A DNA stretch of 64,000 nucleotides from an uncultured delta proteobacterium (lineage in GTDB: Bacteria > Desulfobacterota > RBG-13-43-22): NCBI GenBank assembly GCA_963790475.1, contig CAWBOS010000012.1, positions 224,001 to 288,000 on the forward strand. The letters run 5' to 3'. Every line of letters begins with the position of its first letter. Position 1 is the stretch's first letter. The translations under genes and the position numbers were made by a program. Below are positions 48,526-58,649 of this stretch, one piece after another. The notes under the pieces were generated by a model. The model saw nothing but the letters and a program-made list of their open reading frames with translations, had not been told where the DNA came from and searched no databases.

Positions 48526-49038
48526 TTGAATCAATATGCAATCATTATTGATGAAAAAGCCTGCTGGGGGTGTAAAAGCTGCGAGGTGGCCTGCAAGCAG
48601 GAAAATAAGGCTCCGATAGGGATCAAATATATTTCCGTTTCGGAAGACGGTCCGAAGATATTCGACGGGAAGCTGAATTTTGTCTACCGGGTCAATCTCT
48701 GCCGCCACTGCGATATTCCTGAATGTGTTGATTCCTGCCCCACGGAAGCGATCACCAGGCGGGACGACGGTCTCGTTATTCTGGATGACGAGGCTTGCAA
48801 CGGCTGCGCCGCCTGCGTCGAGGCCTGTCCCTACCAGGCGATTGCTTTTGATGAACAGGCCGGCAAGGCCCGCAAATGCAATCTCTGTCATCACCGGGTG
48901 GACAAGGGCCTTATCCCGGCCTGTGCCGATAATGTCTGCCTGGCCCACTGTATCTATTTCGGTCAATCCGACCGGATGGAGCAGATGATAGCTGACAAAC
49001 CCTGGTTAAAGGAGCGACTGGCTGCGGATGCCAAATAG
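48526..49038 (+). CDS. 4Fe-4S electron-transfer subunit (DmsB/NrfC-like)
   Basis: CWGCKSCEVAC, CRHC..PECVDSCP, CNGCAACVEACPY, KCNLC; TTG start. Confidence 0.9.
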   Translation: MNQYAIIIDEKACWGCKSCEVACKQENKAPIGIKYISVSEDGPKIFDGKLNFVYRVNLCRHCDIPECVDSCPTEAITRRDDGLVILDDEACNGCAACVEACPYQAIAFDEQAGKARKCNLCHHRVDKGLIPACADNVCLAHCIYFGQSDRMEQMIADKPWLKERLAADAK

Positions 49039-49052
49039 GGAGCACCTCGTTT

Positions 49053-49163
49053 GAGGATCGCTTCGCTTAAGGATCGTACGTCTTCGACGAACTTGAGGCA
49101 GAAGATAGTTGCCTCTTCCCTCAAGCGGATCCCGCTGCCCGGGACTCAAGCGTAGCGATCCTT
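49053..49163. repeat. Nested palindromic element
   Basis: GAGGATCGCTTCGCTT...AAGCGTAGCGATCCTT ends with an internal GAGGCA/TGCCTC stem. Confidence 0.55.
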
Positions 49164-49187
49164 CAGATCGGGTTTAGGAGAAAGCGG

Positions 49188-50771
49188 ATGGCGGATATTT
49201 TTGTTCACATCGGTGAAATGCTGGCGCGGAACAGCCGGATGTATCCGGACGAGGTGGCCCTGGTGGAACGGGACCCCGGGGAAAAGCGGCGTGCCGAGAT
49301 TACCTGGAAGGAGTTTAGCCGGAAGGCTGACCGTATGGCCAATTTCCTTCGGGAAAGAGGCATCGGAAAAACCGACAAGGTTGTTCACCTGATGCACAAC
49401 TCGATCGACTGGCTGGCCGCCTACTTCGGCATTATCCGCACCGGTGCCTGGGTGGTCCCGCTCAACTTCCGGTTTACCAGCGAAGATATCCAATACTGCA
49501 TCGACGTGGCCGAACCCCGGATAGTCCTGTTTGGTGAGGAATTTGCCGAAAGAATAGATTCTATCAGAGATGAACTTTCTTCCGTGGAGATCTTTATCTG
49601 TGCCGGTGAACCTATTCCAACCTACGCGGAATCATTCTCCGAGGCCATTGGGAATTCTCCGGATGAACCCTTTCCCTCGGATTTAGGACCGGATGACCCC
49701 TGCGGACTTTATTTTACTTCCGGTACGACCGGTCAACCAAAACCGATCCTCCTGACCCACAAGAACATGGTCTCTGTCTGTATCACTGAGAACATGCACC
49801 ACAGTCAGACGCACCAGGACAAATTCATTCTCATTCCGCCCCTCTATCACACCGGCGCCAAGATGCACTGGTTCGGAAGTCTGCTTGTCGGCGGACCGGC
49901 TGTCATCCTCAAAGGGTATTCACCCCAGTGGTTACTCGAGGCCGTGAGTGAAGAAAAAGGCACGATCACCTGGCTCCTGGTCCCCTGGGTACAGGACCTG
50001 CTGGTCCAATTGGACAGAGGGGAATTGAAACTGGAAAACTATTCGCTTTCCTCCTGGCGTCTCATGCATATGGGAGCCATGCCCGTTCCACCCTCTCTTA
50101 TCCGGCACTGGAGGGAATATTTCCCCGACATGGCCTACGACACCACCTATGGCCTGAGTGAGTGCACCGGACCTAATTGCATCCACCTCGGGGTTGAAAA
50201 TATCCATAAAGTGGGGGCCATAGGGAAACCTGGTTTTAACTGGGAAGCCCGGATTGTCGATGAGCAGGGAAATAATGTTACCAGGGGGACACCGGGGGAA
50301 CTGGCCCTCCGCGGGGACGGGGTTATGAGGGAGTATTACAAGAATCCCGAGGCAACGGCCGAGGCCTTAAAGGAGGGATGGCTTCACAGCGGAGATATCG
50401 TCCGAGAGGATGAAGACGGCTTCATCTATATTGTGGACCGGAAAAAGGATATCATCATAACCGGCGGCGAAAATGTCTTTCCTGTGGAGGTGGAGGATTT
50501 TTTTCATACTCACCCGGCCGTTAAGGATGTGGCGGCTTTCGGATATCCGGATGAGCGGTTGGGGGAGATCGTTGCCGTGACCATCGATCTGAAACCGGAT
50601 GAGGTCCTGACCGAAGACGAAGCCCTTAGGTTCTCCGAAACGCTGCCGCGTTATAAACGGCCCCGGAAGATTTTTTTCGGTCCGGTCCCCAGAAGCCCCA
50701 CCGGAAAGATCGAGAAACCGAAGCTGAGAAAACAATACTGCGGCCGGGAAGAGGCCGTTAATCCTTTCTAG
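49188..50771 (+). CDS. Acyl-CoA synthetase (AMP-binding family)
   Basis: YFTSGTTGQPK, YGLSE, SGD, DRKKDIIITGGENV, PRSPTGKIEK. Confidence 0.95.
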   Translation: MADIFVHIGEMLARNSRMYPDEVALVERDPGEKRRAEITWKEFSRKADRMANFLRERGIGKTDKVVHLMHNSIDWLAAYFGIIRTGAWVVPLNFRFTSEDIQYCIDVAEPRIVLFGEEFAERIDSIRDELSSVEIFICAGEPIPTYAESFSEAIGNSPDEPFPSDLGPDDPCGLYFTSGTTGQPKPILLTHKNMVSVCITENMHHSQTHQDKFILIPPLYHTGAKMHWFGSLLVGGPAVILKGYSPQWLLEAVSEEKGTITWLLVPWVQDLLVQLDRGELKLENYSLSSWRLMHMGAMPVPPSLIRHWREYFPDMAYDTTYGLSECTGPNCIHLGVENIHKVGAIGKPGFNWEARIVDEQGNNVTRGTPGELALRGDGVMREYYKNPEATAEALKEGWLHSGDIVREDEDGFIYIVDRKKDIIITGGENVFPVEVEDFFHTHPAVKDVAAFGYPDERLGEIVAVTIDLKPDEVLTEDEALRFSETLPRYKRPRKIFFGPVPRSPTGKIEKPKLRKQYCGREEAVNPF

Positions 50772-52437
50772 GAGCCTGTCGGACTTAAATTTGTCCGGTT
50801 AAATTTTCGTTTAAAAAATCTATTAAAAATGTGCTCAAAAGACAAGATTTCTCTTGGCATAAGTTGGATTATATGATAAAATACAAATTAATTCAATTAG
50901 TTAAATATATTCGACTTTAAAATTACGTAGAGAGAAAATATGAATCCTCCACGATTTAAGTGTTGTGACCGCGATACCCTATACCTGATGCCTCCCTCTA
51001 TTCATGATTGGCTACCACGAAATCACTTGGCCAGATTTATTGTGGAGGTGGTCACCAAACTTGACTTGAGGCCCATTGAAAACGCCTACGACGGCCGGGG
51101 TTCCGAGGCTTATTCTCCGACCATGCTGGTGGCATTGTTGTTTTACGGTTATGCCACGGGCGTCTTCTCCAGCCGCAAACTGGAATTGGCCACCCATGAG
51201 TCGGTAGCTTTTCGTTATATTACGGCCAATCAACACCCGGATCATGACACGATAGCTGCCTTCCGCAAACGTTTTCTGGAAGAGTTAAAGCCTCTATTCG
51301 CCCAGATCCTGATGATTGCTCAAACAATGGGTATAGCCAAACTGGGCCAAGTGGCCTTAGACGGAACTAAGATCAAGGCCAATGCCTCCCAACATAAGGC
51401 CTTGAGTTGGGATCATGCCTGTAAACTGGAACAACAGATTCAGGCAGAAGTTGACTCGCTCTTACGTCAGGCCGAAGTAGCGGACCGGGAAGCGGTTCCC
51501 GAAGGGATGAGTATCCCGGAGGAACTTTCTCGAAGAGGGAAACGGCTTGAAACTATAGAACTGGCCAAGCGAGAGATTGAACGTCGAGCCGCTGAGCGTT
51601 ATGCCAAAGAGCAAGAAGTCTACGACCAAAAGATGGCCGAACGTTATGCCAAGGAGCAAGAGGGTGGTAAGAAACCCCGAGGACGTGAACCTAAACCACC
51701 CGAGTCCGGCCCTAAAAAAACCGATCAAGTGAATCTGACCGATGAAGATTCCCGGATTATGCCCGCTGCCGGCGGGACCTTTGAACAAGCTTACAACGCC
51801 CAAGCCGGGGTGGATCTTTCAACCATGCTTATTGTCGAAAATCATGTTACCCAACAACCCAATGACAAGCAAGAAATCCAGACGACCTTGGAAAACCTGA
51901 TTTCCTTACCAGACCAGTTAGGCACGGTGGACACCCTAGTGGCCGATTCAGGCTATTTTAGTGAGGCCAACCTGGATAAGTGCGCAGCCGAGCAGATTAC
52001 CCCCTATATTGCTGTAAATCGTGAAAAACACAATATTCCCTTAGAAGAACGTTTCGCCCAGCCCGAACCTTTGCCGGAAGAGGCTGATGTGCTTACCCGA
52101 ATGAAGCATCGGCTAAAAACATCAGAGGGCAAAAAGATATACGCCCGGCGGAAGAGTACGGTCGAACCGCTATTCGGCATTATCAAGGCCATTATGGGCT
52201 TTCGACAATTTTTCCTTCGCGGGTTAGAGATGGTCAGCGGCGAATGGAATTTAGTCTGTATGGCCTACAACTTAAAAAGAATGTATGCCTTAGCTGCCAA
52301 ATAAAAAAATCCACAAAGAAAAATTACAAAAAAAGGCCTTATTCTATTATCTTGAATTTACTATAACCCTTTGGAGTCCTCAAAATAAAATCGGACCTCT
52401 CGGGAGACAATATCTTTAGCTCAAGATCGACAGGCTC
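50772..52437 (+). mobile_element. IS1182-family insertion sequence (1666 bp)
   Basis: TIR GAGCCTGTCGGACTT / AAGATCGACAGGCTC; CTAG duplicated at 50768-50771 and 52438-52441. Confidence 0.9.
50940..52304 (+). CDS. IS1182-family DDE transposase
   Basis: LMPPS..DWLP..HLARF, YGYATGVFSSR, PDHDTIA.FR, LDGTKIKANAS, ADSGY, RKSTVEPLFG. Confidence 0.93.
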   Translation: MNPPRFKCCDRDTLYLMPPSIHDWLPRNHLARFIVEVVTKLDLRPIENAYDGRGSEAYSPTMLVALLFYGYATGVFSSRKLELATHESVAFRYITANQHPDHDTIAAFRKRFLEELKPLFAQILMIAQTMGIAKLGQVALDGTKIKANASQHKALSWDHACKLEQQIQAEVDSLLRQAEVADREAVPEGMSIPEELSRRGKRLETIELAKREIERRAAERYAKEQEVYDQKMAERYAKEQEGGKKPRGREPKPPESGPKKTDQVNLTDEDSRIMPAAGGTFEQAYNAQAGVDLSTMLIVENHVTQQPNDKQEIQTTLENLISLPDQLGTVDTLVADSGYFSEANLDKCAAEQITPYIAVNREKHNIPLEERFAQPEPLPEEADVLTRMKHRLKTSEGKKIYARRKSTVEPLFGIIKAIMGFRQFFLRGLEMVSGEWNLVCMAYNLKRMYALAAK

Positions 52438-52542
52438 CTAGTATCATTGGCCCGTTTCCCTTGCACTGCTTGGTATTTTAAGGGAGGGTTACGGATCTTC
52501 CGCTATGGATCGACCGGGATCCGATGACCCGCCTGTTCCGTT

Positions 52543-53352
52543 TCAGGCTATCCGCCCTCCCGGATAGGGCGGTCCGCCGGCGTAAATCTCTTCCACCTGG
52601 ATAACCCCCGTTCGATTGAATTCCGACCAGTGCCCTTTAGTCTGATAGGAGATAGCTTCCGAGGTGAGGATATTGGCAGCCACCAGGGCCTGGTCCGTGG
52701 GTGAAAGGAACCCGTCCATTTTCCGGTAGATCAGCTTCTTTTGCCCCGCCGGCAGCAACGACAGGGATGGGATCACCTTGGGATATCCATCCAGTCCGAT
52801 CCAGGCCAGGACCTTGACGGCGGCCATCCTGGCAAATTCGCCTCTCACAGCCAGGGGAATGGTCACGTTATTGCCCGATAATTTTTTTTGAACATTGCCT
52901 TGTCTGATAGCCGCCAGCCGGGTCAGCCAATAATCCTTGAGCACCTCGAGTTTGGAGATGGCAAAGGTCCCTTCTACGGAGAGCAGGCGGATGAGCCCCA
53001 CATTACGGACTCCGGTATAGGCGTTATAGCGCAAAAGGGGACTGCCCTTTTGTCGGTCCACATAGGGTCCGGTTGGCTGAAACTCGACAAATTCTCCTTT
53101 GAGGGTCCATCCCTTCAGTTCGGGTGTGACCACCAGAATACCGATTCGCCGGTCTTCCAGGAGGTTTTTGATGCTCTTGCGCAAGAGGAAATTTCCAAAA
53201 AAGAGTGTATCCTCCTGATCTTCAGTCGGAAGCAAAGAGATACAGGGGACGACGTTGGGGATACCCTGGGCCGAGCGGGTGGCCAGAAATTTGGGGGTCA
53301 TCGCTCCGCGCAAAGCGTTCAATAAATTGGGCGTTTGTTTGAGAAGGGACAT
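52543..53352 (-). CDS. Tandem pyridoxamine-5'-phosphate-oxidase-like (split-barrel) protein
   Basis: KFLAT...GIPNVVP and KVLAW..DGYP repeats; KSIKNL; RBS GGAGGAG. Confidence 0.7.
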   Translation of the reverse strand: MSLLKQTPNLLNALRGAMTPKFLATRSAQGIPNVVPCISLLPTEDQEDTLFFGNFLLRKSIKNLLEDRRIGILVVTPELKGWTLKGEFVEFQPTGPYVDRQKGSPLLRYNAYTGVRNVGLIRLLSVEGTFAISKLEVLKDYWLTRLAAIRQGNVQKKLSGNNVTIPLAVRGEFARMAAVKVLAWIGLDGYPKVIPSLSLLPAGQKKLIYRKMDGFLSPTDQALVAANILTSEAISYQTKGHWSEFNRTGVIQVEEIYAGGPPYPGGRIA

Positions 53353-53512
53353 GACGATCTCCTCCAGATGGTGGTAGTTTCTCAAACACCTTAATCTGAG
53401 AATCTATCTTTAAGGGCCATCTCCAAATTAGTTGGTCAATAATAAACCCTGAATCTTTGGAATCGTCCATCCATCAAGGCTGATTGGATTACAGGTAAAA
53501 ACTGATAACCAC

Positions 53513-53738
53513 CTCTCGCCCGTTCCCTTCGGTCTCTTGAGCTCGCAGAGGGCACGGAGAAAGGCAGATTAGATTGGTCCAATTTCCCGAGGGGGGAAAT
53601 TAGACCGGCCGGCTCAGCCTCCGGCCTGGGTGCGCTACAACGCTGGACAGTTTTTTCATTGCGGTCCCCTCAACCGCAATGAAAAAGATAAAGGGTTTTC
53701 TCAGTGAACTCTGTGTCCTCCAGCGAAGCGGGCGAGAG
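53513..53738. repeat. ~226 bp nested-hairpin element (family C, architecture shared with family B)
   Basis: Ends CTCTCGCCCG / CGGGCGAGAG; hairpins GGTCCAATTTCC-CGAGGG-GGAAATTAGACC and TTTTTCATTGCGGT-CCCCTCA-ACCGCAATGAAAAA. Confidence 0.75.
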
Positions 53739-53825
53739 ACAAAAAATCTTTCTTGGTCCAACTTCGTCAAGTGCCCAAATCCATTGGTAGAAGAACCATG
53801 ACTGTCAACTGTCATCGGTTTGGGT

Positions 53826-54743
53826 TTATCTGGTCGCCCCGGACCACACGGCGGTCGGCACCAGTTCCACCGCGGTCTGCCAAAGGGATTCCATCTCGGC
53901 CTGGGTTAAGAGGGGCGTTGATTCCAACAGATACGGTAAATCAAGCCGATGGTATTTGGGCTGGCCAAAATTGGTGTAGGCCAGCAAATCCCAACGCTGC
54001 ACGGTCGGCAAGGCTTCGCGGATAAAGCCGCCGATGGTTTGGATATTTTCCGGGTCACTGGTATAACCGGGAATGACCGGGGTTCGAATCCACATCGTTT
54101 TGCCGGCAGCGGCCAGGCGGCGGGCATTCTCCAGGATAGTGGTGTTCGAGAGGCCCGTGGCCCGTTTGTGTCCTTCCTCGTCCATCAGTTTAAGATCGAA
54201 CAGAACCAGGTCCAGCCAGGGTAATATCTTTTCGTAGCGCTCCCAGGGGACAGCGCCGGAGGTATCCAGGGCCACAGGCATCCCGGCTTCCCGGCAGCGA
54301 GGCAGAACTTTCTCCAGGAAATCCGTCTGCAACATCGGCTCGCCCCCGCTAAAGGTGACTCCTCCTCCCGATGTTTCATAAAAAGCCCGATCTTTCAAAA
54401 GCTCAGCGATCAATTCATCGGGGGTAAAGGAACGACCGATAATTTCTATGGCCCCTGCCGGGCAGGCATCCCCGCACTTCCCGCAGAGGGTGCAACGCCC
54501 CCGGTCGATTCCCATCCCCTCGGGCCTGAGATTTAATGCCTTTTCCGGACAAACCTTAAGACAATCCCTGGCGCCGATGCAGCGAACGTCATACCACATG
54601 AGATCGGGTTGGGGACGGAGTCCTTCCGGGTTATGACACCACGGACAGCGCAGGGGGCAGCCTTTGAGAAAGACCGTGGTGCGGATGCCGGGACCATCCT
54701 CGGTACTGAAATGTTGGAGATTAAAGATCAGACCGGTGGACAC
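53826..54743 (-). CDS. Glycyl-radical enzyme activating enzyme
   Basis: FSTEDGPGIRTTVFLKGCPLRCPWCHNPE, ferredoxin insert, GGVTFSGGEP. Confidence 0.95.
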   Translation of the reverse strand: MSTGLIFNLQHFSTEDGPGIRTTVFLKGCPLRCPWCHNPEGLRPQPDLMWYDVRCIGARDCLKVCPEKALNLRPEGMGIDRGRCTLCGKCGDACPAGAIEIIGRSFTPDELIAELLKDRAFYETSGGGVTFSGGEPMLQTDFLEKVLPRCREAGMPVALDTSGAVPWERYEKILPWLDLVLFDLKLMDEEGHKRATGLSNTTILENARRLAAAGKTMWIRTPVIPGYTSDPENIQTIGGFIREALPTVQRWDLLAYTNFGQPKYHRLDLPYLLESTPLLTQAEMESLWQTAVELVPTAVWSGATR

Positions 54744-54819
54744 CCTGATTATCCCCTAACTGTGATTGACAAGGCTGTTTTAAGAAATGAATTAGCAATC
54801 TAACCTTTAAAAAGAAATT

Positions 54820-55016
54820 TTTTGCCACAGACACACAAGGACGCACACAGACTTTTTCCCCTGCGGACTTTCGCAGGAGAAAATCTGCTTAGCCGAGAAG
54901 GCCAGCTGGGTATTAATTGATAGGCCCACCCTTTTCATGAGTTAGCTATTTAACTGGGGTCGTCAATCAGTACACATCCTTACTGTCGGGCGTTGTCTGC
55001 CTTGTCCGCGGTTAAA
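54820..55016. repeat. Palindromic element (family A)
   Basis: TTTTGCCACAGACACACAAGG...CTGCCTTGTCCGCGGTTAAA; internal TTTTCCCCTGCG/CGCAGGAGAAAA hairpin. Confidence 0.65.
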
Positions 55017-55029
55017 TCCGTTCTAACCA

Positions 55030-57432
55030 TCAAATCGCATGGGACTCCCGGGCGATGATCTCGTCTTGAATCTCTTTCCCCAGGCCTACAAAATAGGCAT
55101 TGTAACCGGTGACCCGCACCAGCAGGTTGTGGTATTCGTCGGGGAACTTTTGGGCCTCCCGCAGGGTATCGGCGTCCAGGACATTGACCTGCAGACAGGT
55201 CCCACCCACTTGGCCATAGGCCCGTAACAGGGCTTTGAGCTTTTGGCGCTGTTCGGGATTCCGCAGCAGGTTCGGGCTGAAGCTCATGGTGTGGCTGGCC
55301 CCGTTGGGCGCGGTCTCCAAACCCAGTTTGCCGACACTCTTGATGATCGAGGTCGGTCCTTTGCGGTCGGCCCCATTGACCGGGCACACCGCATTGGAAA
55401 GGAATTGTCCTCGAAGGCGGCCGTCGGGCGTTGCCGCGGTCGTCGGCGCGTAAGCGATCCAGTAGTTCCAGGAAAGATAGCCGCCGCGATAGTGTTTTCC
55501 GGTTGGTGAAAAGTGCTTAAAGGCCTCTTCGGTCCAAAAGCGGCTGACCTCGCGGGCGATCTCATCGGCGTAACCGTCGTCATTGCCGTACTTGGGTGCT
55601 TTGACCAGCAGGGTCCGGCGCAGATTCTCCTGGCCTTTAAAATTGTCGCGGATGGCCCCAACCAGTTTTTCCATCTCGATCTGCCGGTCTTCATAAACCA
55701 GCTTTTTTACAGCGGCAAGGCTGTCGGCCACAGTGGCCAGGGCCACGCCTTCCACCGTCAGAAAATTATGTCGCGCGCCGCCGGCGTTGCAGTCCTTGCC
55801 GTTTTGCAGACAACCGTCCACCAGGGCGCTGAGGTAGGGGACCGGTTCCCAACGGGCCCGCCCGGCATCGGCCAGGTTGTTGGCGGCGATGAGTTGTTCC
55901 AGGATGGTTTTGAGCTGTTGTTTAAAGGCCTCCATAAACTGAGGGAAGTCTTTAAAATTTTTGGGATCACCGGTGCGCGGTCCGATCCGATGGCCCGTGG
56001 CCATATCGCGGCCGTCATTTAAAACCAGTTCGACGGCTTTGGCCAGGTTCAGGTTGACATCCACAGTGCCGGAGCGGTCGTCACCGATCAAGGTGTTTTC
56101 CAGGCAGCCGACCGGTGCGTAATCCCAGAGCCTTTCTTCCGGCAGGCCCTGCCAACGCAACCCGGCGATGGAATTTTCATCAAAGTTGATCAGGAAGGGT
56201 GAACCCTGGGCCTTGGAGAGCATTTCCACCAGACGATCAAGCAAGCGGTCGGAGGTGCCGGCGTGGACGCGCACATTGGGTTTGGGTTCCAGGAGGTTCA
56301 TCTCTTCGATAACCTCCAGCATCAGATAGGTCAGGTCATTGGCGGCGTCATGGCCCTGGGCATCCATTCCGGCCAGGGTTATAAGCTGGCCAAAGGAAGA
56401 ATTGATGCCCTGATTGGTCCCGGCCCAGCCTTGATAATCATAGACATAATTATGTTTGATCCACCAGCATTGCAGCCATTCGCGGGCGGACTCCTCCGTA
56501 AGGAGTCCCGCCTTTCGATCGGCCTGGAAGAATGGGTAAAGGTATTGATCCACCCGTCCCGGCGACAGGCCCGGTCCCGGATAACTTTCGGCGGCCATGG
56601 CCAGCATGTGCGTGAACCAAAGGGCCTGCAGGGCTTCGGAGAATGTTTCCGGGGGCAGCCAGGGGACCTTTTGGCAGATGCGGGCTATCTCCAGCAACTC
56701 CTGCTCACGTTTCGGATCCGTTTCCATCTCGGCCAGGAGTTTAGCCTGGATGGCGTAGCGGTCGGCCAAATCATGTGTGGCCTCCGCGGAAATCATGATT
56801 GCCCGGGCCATATTCTTTTGCTCGCCCGTACTCCCGGGATCATCGAACAAAACATGGGCCTCGTCCCGGATTCCTTTCCAGCCGATTTTAAGGACCTTGG
56901 GGTAGTTAGGCACCAGATGACCGGGGACGGCAGCGCAGTTTCCCACTCCAAGGTTATTAAGGTCATTCCAGGCCTTCAGGAATGTTTGCTCCTCCCGGTC
57001 CCGGGCCCTGGCTTCGTCTTTTTTGAGACAACGGGAGAGGGCCGTGCTGAAATGGGAGCCGACGACCAGCTCACCATCCAGTATTTCAACAGGCAAGTGA
57101 GAGCGAACCACTTTACGAAAAAACAAGGCTTGTCGAACAGCCAGGGGTTCCTGCCAGAAGTCCGAGGGCAAGTCGACCGGCTGAGACGCCGCCCAGAGGT
57201 AACTGCGAAATCCCTTCTGGAACAGGGCGATTTCAGGAACGTTGGTCCAGTTCCAGATGGAATACACCGTGTCCCAGGGCGTGCCGGTGGTGTAGGCCCG
57301 GACCTCATTGGTATATTCCCGTTCATAGAAGGAAAAAAATTGCCGACGCAAACGCTCCACACGAGGTGAAAGGTTTGAGGACGCCGACCATAATTGCTCG
57401 GGAGAGACGGCGCAGGTTGATTCGCATATCAT
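55030..57432 (-). CDS. Glycyl radical enzyme (PFL2/eliminase-like), substrate unknown
   Basis: SPGRVDQYL, Cys loop VGCLE, PKYGNDD, ATPDGR, Gly loop LLVRVTGYNAYF; RBS GGAGG. Confidence 0.93.
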   Translation of the reverse strand: MICESTCAVSPEQLWSASSNLSPRVERLRRQFFSFYEREYTNEVRAYTTGTPWDTVYSIWNWTNVPEIALFQKGFRSYLWAASQPVDLPSDFWQEPLAVRQALFFRKVVRSHLPVEILDGELVVGSHFSTALSRCLKKDEARARDREEQTFLKAWNDLNNLGVGNCAAVPGHLVPNYPKVLKIGWKGIRDEAHVLFDDPGSTGEQKNMARAIMISAEATHDLADRYAIQAKLLAEMETDPKREQELLEIARICQKVPWLPPETFSEALQALWFTHMLAMAAESYPGPGLSPGRVDQYLYPFFQADRKAGLLTEESAREWLQCWWIKHNYVYDYQGWAGTNQGINSSFGQLITLAGMDAQGHDAANDLTYLMLEVIEEMNLLEPKPNVRVHAGTSDRLLDRLVEMLSKAQGSPFLINFDENSIAGLRWQGLPEERLWDYAPVGCLENTLIGDDRSGTVDVNLNLAKAVELVLNDGRDMATGHRIGPRTGDPKNFKDFPQFMEAFKQQLKTILEQLIAANNLADAGRARWEPVPYLSALVDGCLQNGKDCNAGGARHNFLTVEGVALATVADSLAAVKKLVYEDRQIEMEKLVGAIRDNFKGQENLRRTLLVKAPKYGNDDGYADEIAREVSRFWTEEAFKHFSPTGKHYRGGYLSWNYWIAYAPTTAATPDGRLRGQFLSNAVCPVNGADRKGPTSIIKSVGKLGLETAPNGASHTMSFSPNLLRNPEQRQKLKALLRAYGQVGGTCLQVNVLDADTLREAQKFPDEYHNLLVRVTGYNAYFVGLGKEIQDEIIARESHAI

Positions 57433-57837
57433 GGATGCACCTCCGTTAAATAAGGGCCCTTTGAAGCCGGTTCCATAAGGATGAGATCACGATCAAGACC
57501 TTTACCTCCTGTTGAAACAGGAATGAAGAAAGAGCAAGGTCACCAATCTGGAAAATACCATGAGGAGGATCAAAAAGCAATGTTCTTGATTTTTAGGGTC
57601 ATTGGGCCGCTTTTATTTAGAAACCTTTGAGGGTCGAGGTGGTTTTGATATGAAAGAGTAATAGAAAAAGGATGGGAGGGGAATGAGGGCACGGGGATTT
57701 GGAGTTGGAGGATTTTTTTGATTTTAAAAAAGGTAAAACAAGAATACTTTTTTTTCAGTCTGCCCCCAATTATTGTCCTTCTAACTAAGATCGAATAAGT
57801 TGTTGAATGAAAGATTTAAAAAGTCTACAATTAACAA

Positions 57838-58011
57838 ATGATTGAGACTTGGGGAAGAATTCTTAATTTAGTTCAGCATCGGAATGTTAGGATCTCCGAA
57901 CATGGATATGACGAACTGGCAGACGATGACATCGCTATCCGGGATATCATGGCCGATATTCCCAGGGCCCTCATTATTGAGCACTAACCAGAATATCCGA
58001 AAGGTCCCTAA
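57838..58011 (+). pseudogene. DUF4258-like (toxin-type) gene remnant
   Basis: Manual translation MIETW...VRISEHGYDELADDDI...IIEH*PEYPKGP*; internal stop where DY is expected, then truncated. Confidence 0.65.
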
Positions 58012-58069
58012 TTACGACAAACAATTGAAAGAGAAGGCCGGGTCATAAACCACATACAACGAGAGGAAA

Positions 58070-58483
58070 ATGGTTAAGTTCAGTGATCTTGAAGACGCCT
58101 TTCTTTTTGTGAGTTCATCTTCTGACGGAGTGAATTCGGCTTATCTAAACAAGGACACGGGTCAGATCGTCTACCGGTCAGAGATGGGAGATGATGACGA
58201 AATCGCCGATGAGGAACTTGAGGGGGATGGATGGCTGGATATTCCTCATAAGAACGATCTGGACTTGGGTTGGGAGCTTGTATTCGAATTTGTTGAAACC
58301 CACCTGGCCGAAAAACACGAACAAGTCCGGCAAATGTTTCGAAGACCTGGGGGGTACAGACATTTCAAGGCCTTGCTGGAGAACAAGGGGCTGTTGGAAA
58401 CCTGGTACGAATTTGAGAACCGGCGGGAGCAGGAGGCCTTGAGGGAATGGTGCGAAGAAAATGAAGTAAAATGGTCCGACTGA
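58070..58483 (+). CDS. UPF0158 family protein
   Basis: DLEDAF..V, YL.K.TG.I, IP.K.DLDLG, GGYRHFK.LL, WYEFE, LREWCEEN. Confidence 0.8.
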   Translation: MVKFSDLEDAFLFVSSSSDGVNSAYLNKDTGQIVYRSEMGDDDEIADEELEGDGWLDIPHKNDLDLGWELVFEFVETHLAEKHEQVRQMFRRPGGYRHFKALLENKGLLETWYEFENRREQEALREWCEENEVKWSD

Positions 58484-58597
58484 CGGTTGCCCATCAACGC
58501 AGAATGTTATCAACCCCGCGGACACCTTTCTCGGTTAGTTAAGAAATAAGTATTGTCCACGTGATTTCTCCGATCTACTGCTCACTCTACGAAAACC

Positions 58598-58635
58598 TTG
58601 ACATGGTATGCATATAAAGTTATTATTATGCATAC
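58598..58635 (+). promoter_or_regulatory. sigma70 promoter with an overlapping operator (vapBC autoregulation)
   Basis: TTGACA-17-TATTAT; inverted repeat GTATGCATA...TATGCATAC. Confidence 0.75.
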
Positions 58636-58649
58636 GAATAAGGAGGCCG

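Noticed and set aside
55030-57432. Calling the GRE pyruvate formate-lyase, benzylsuccinate synthase or 4-hydroxyphenylacetate decarboxylase
   Set aside because: No CC motif and no adjacent small Fe-S subunit genes
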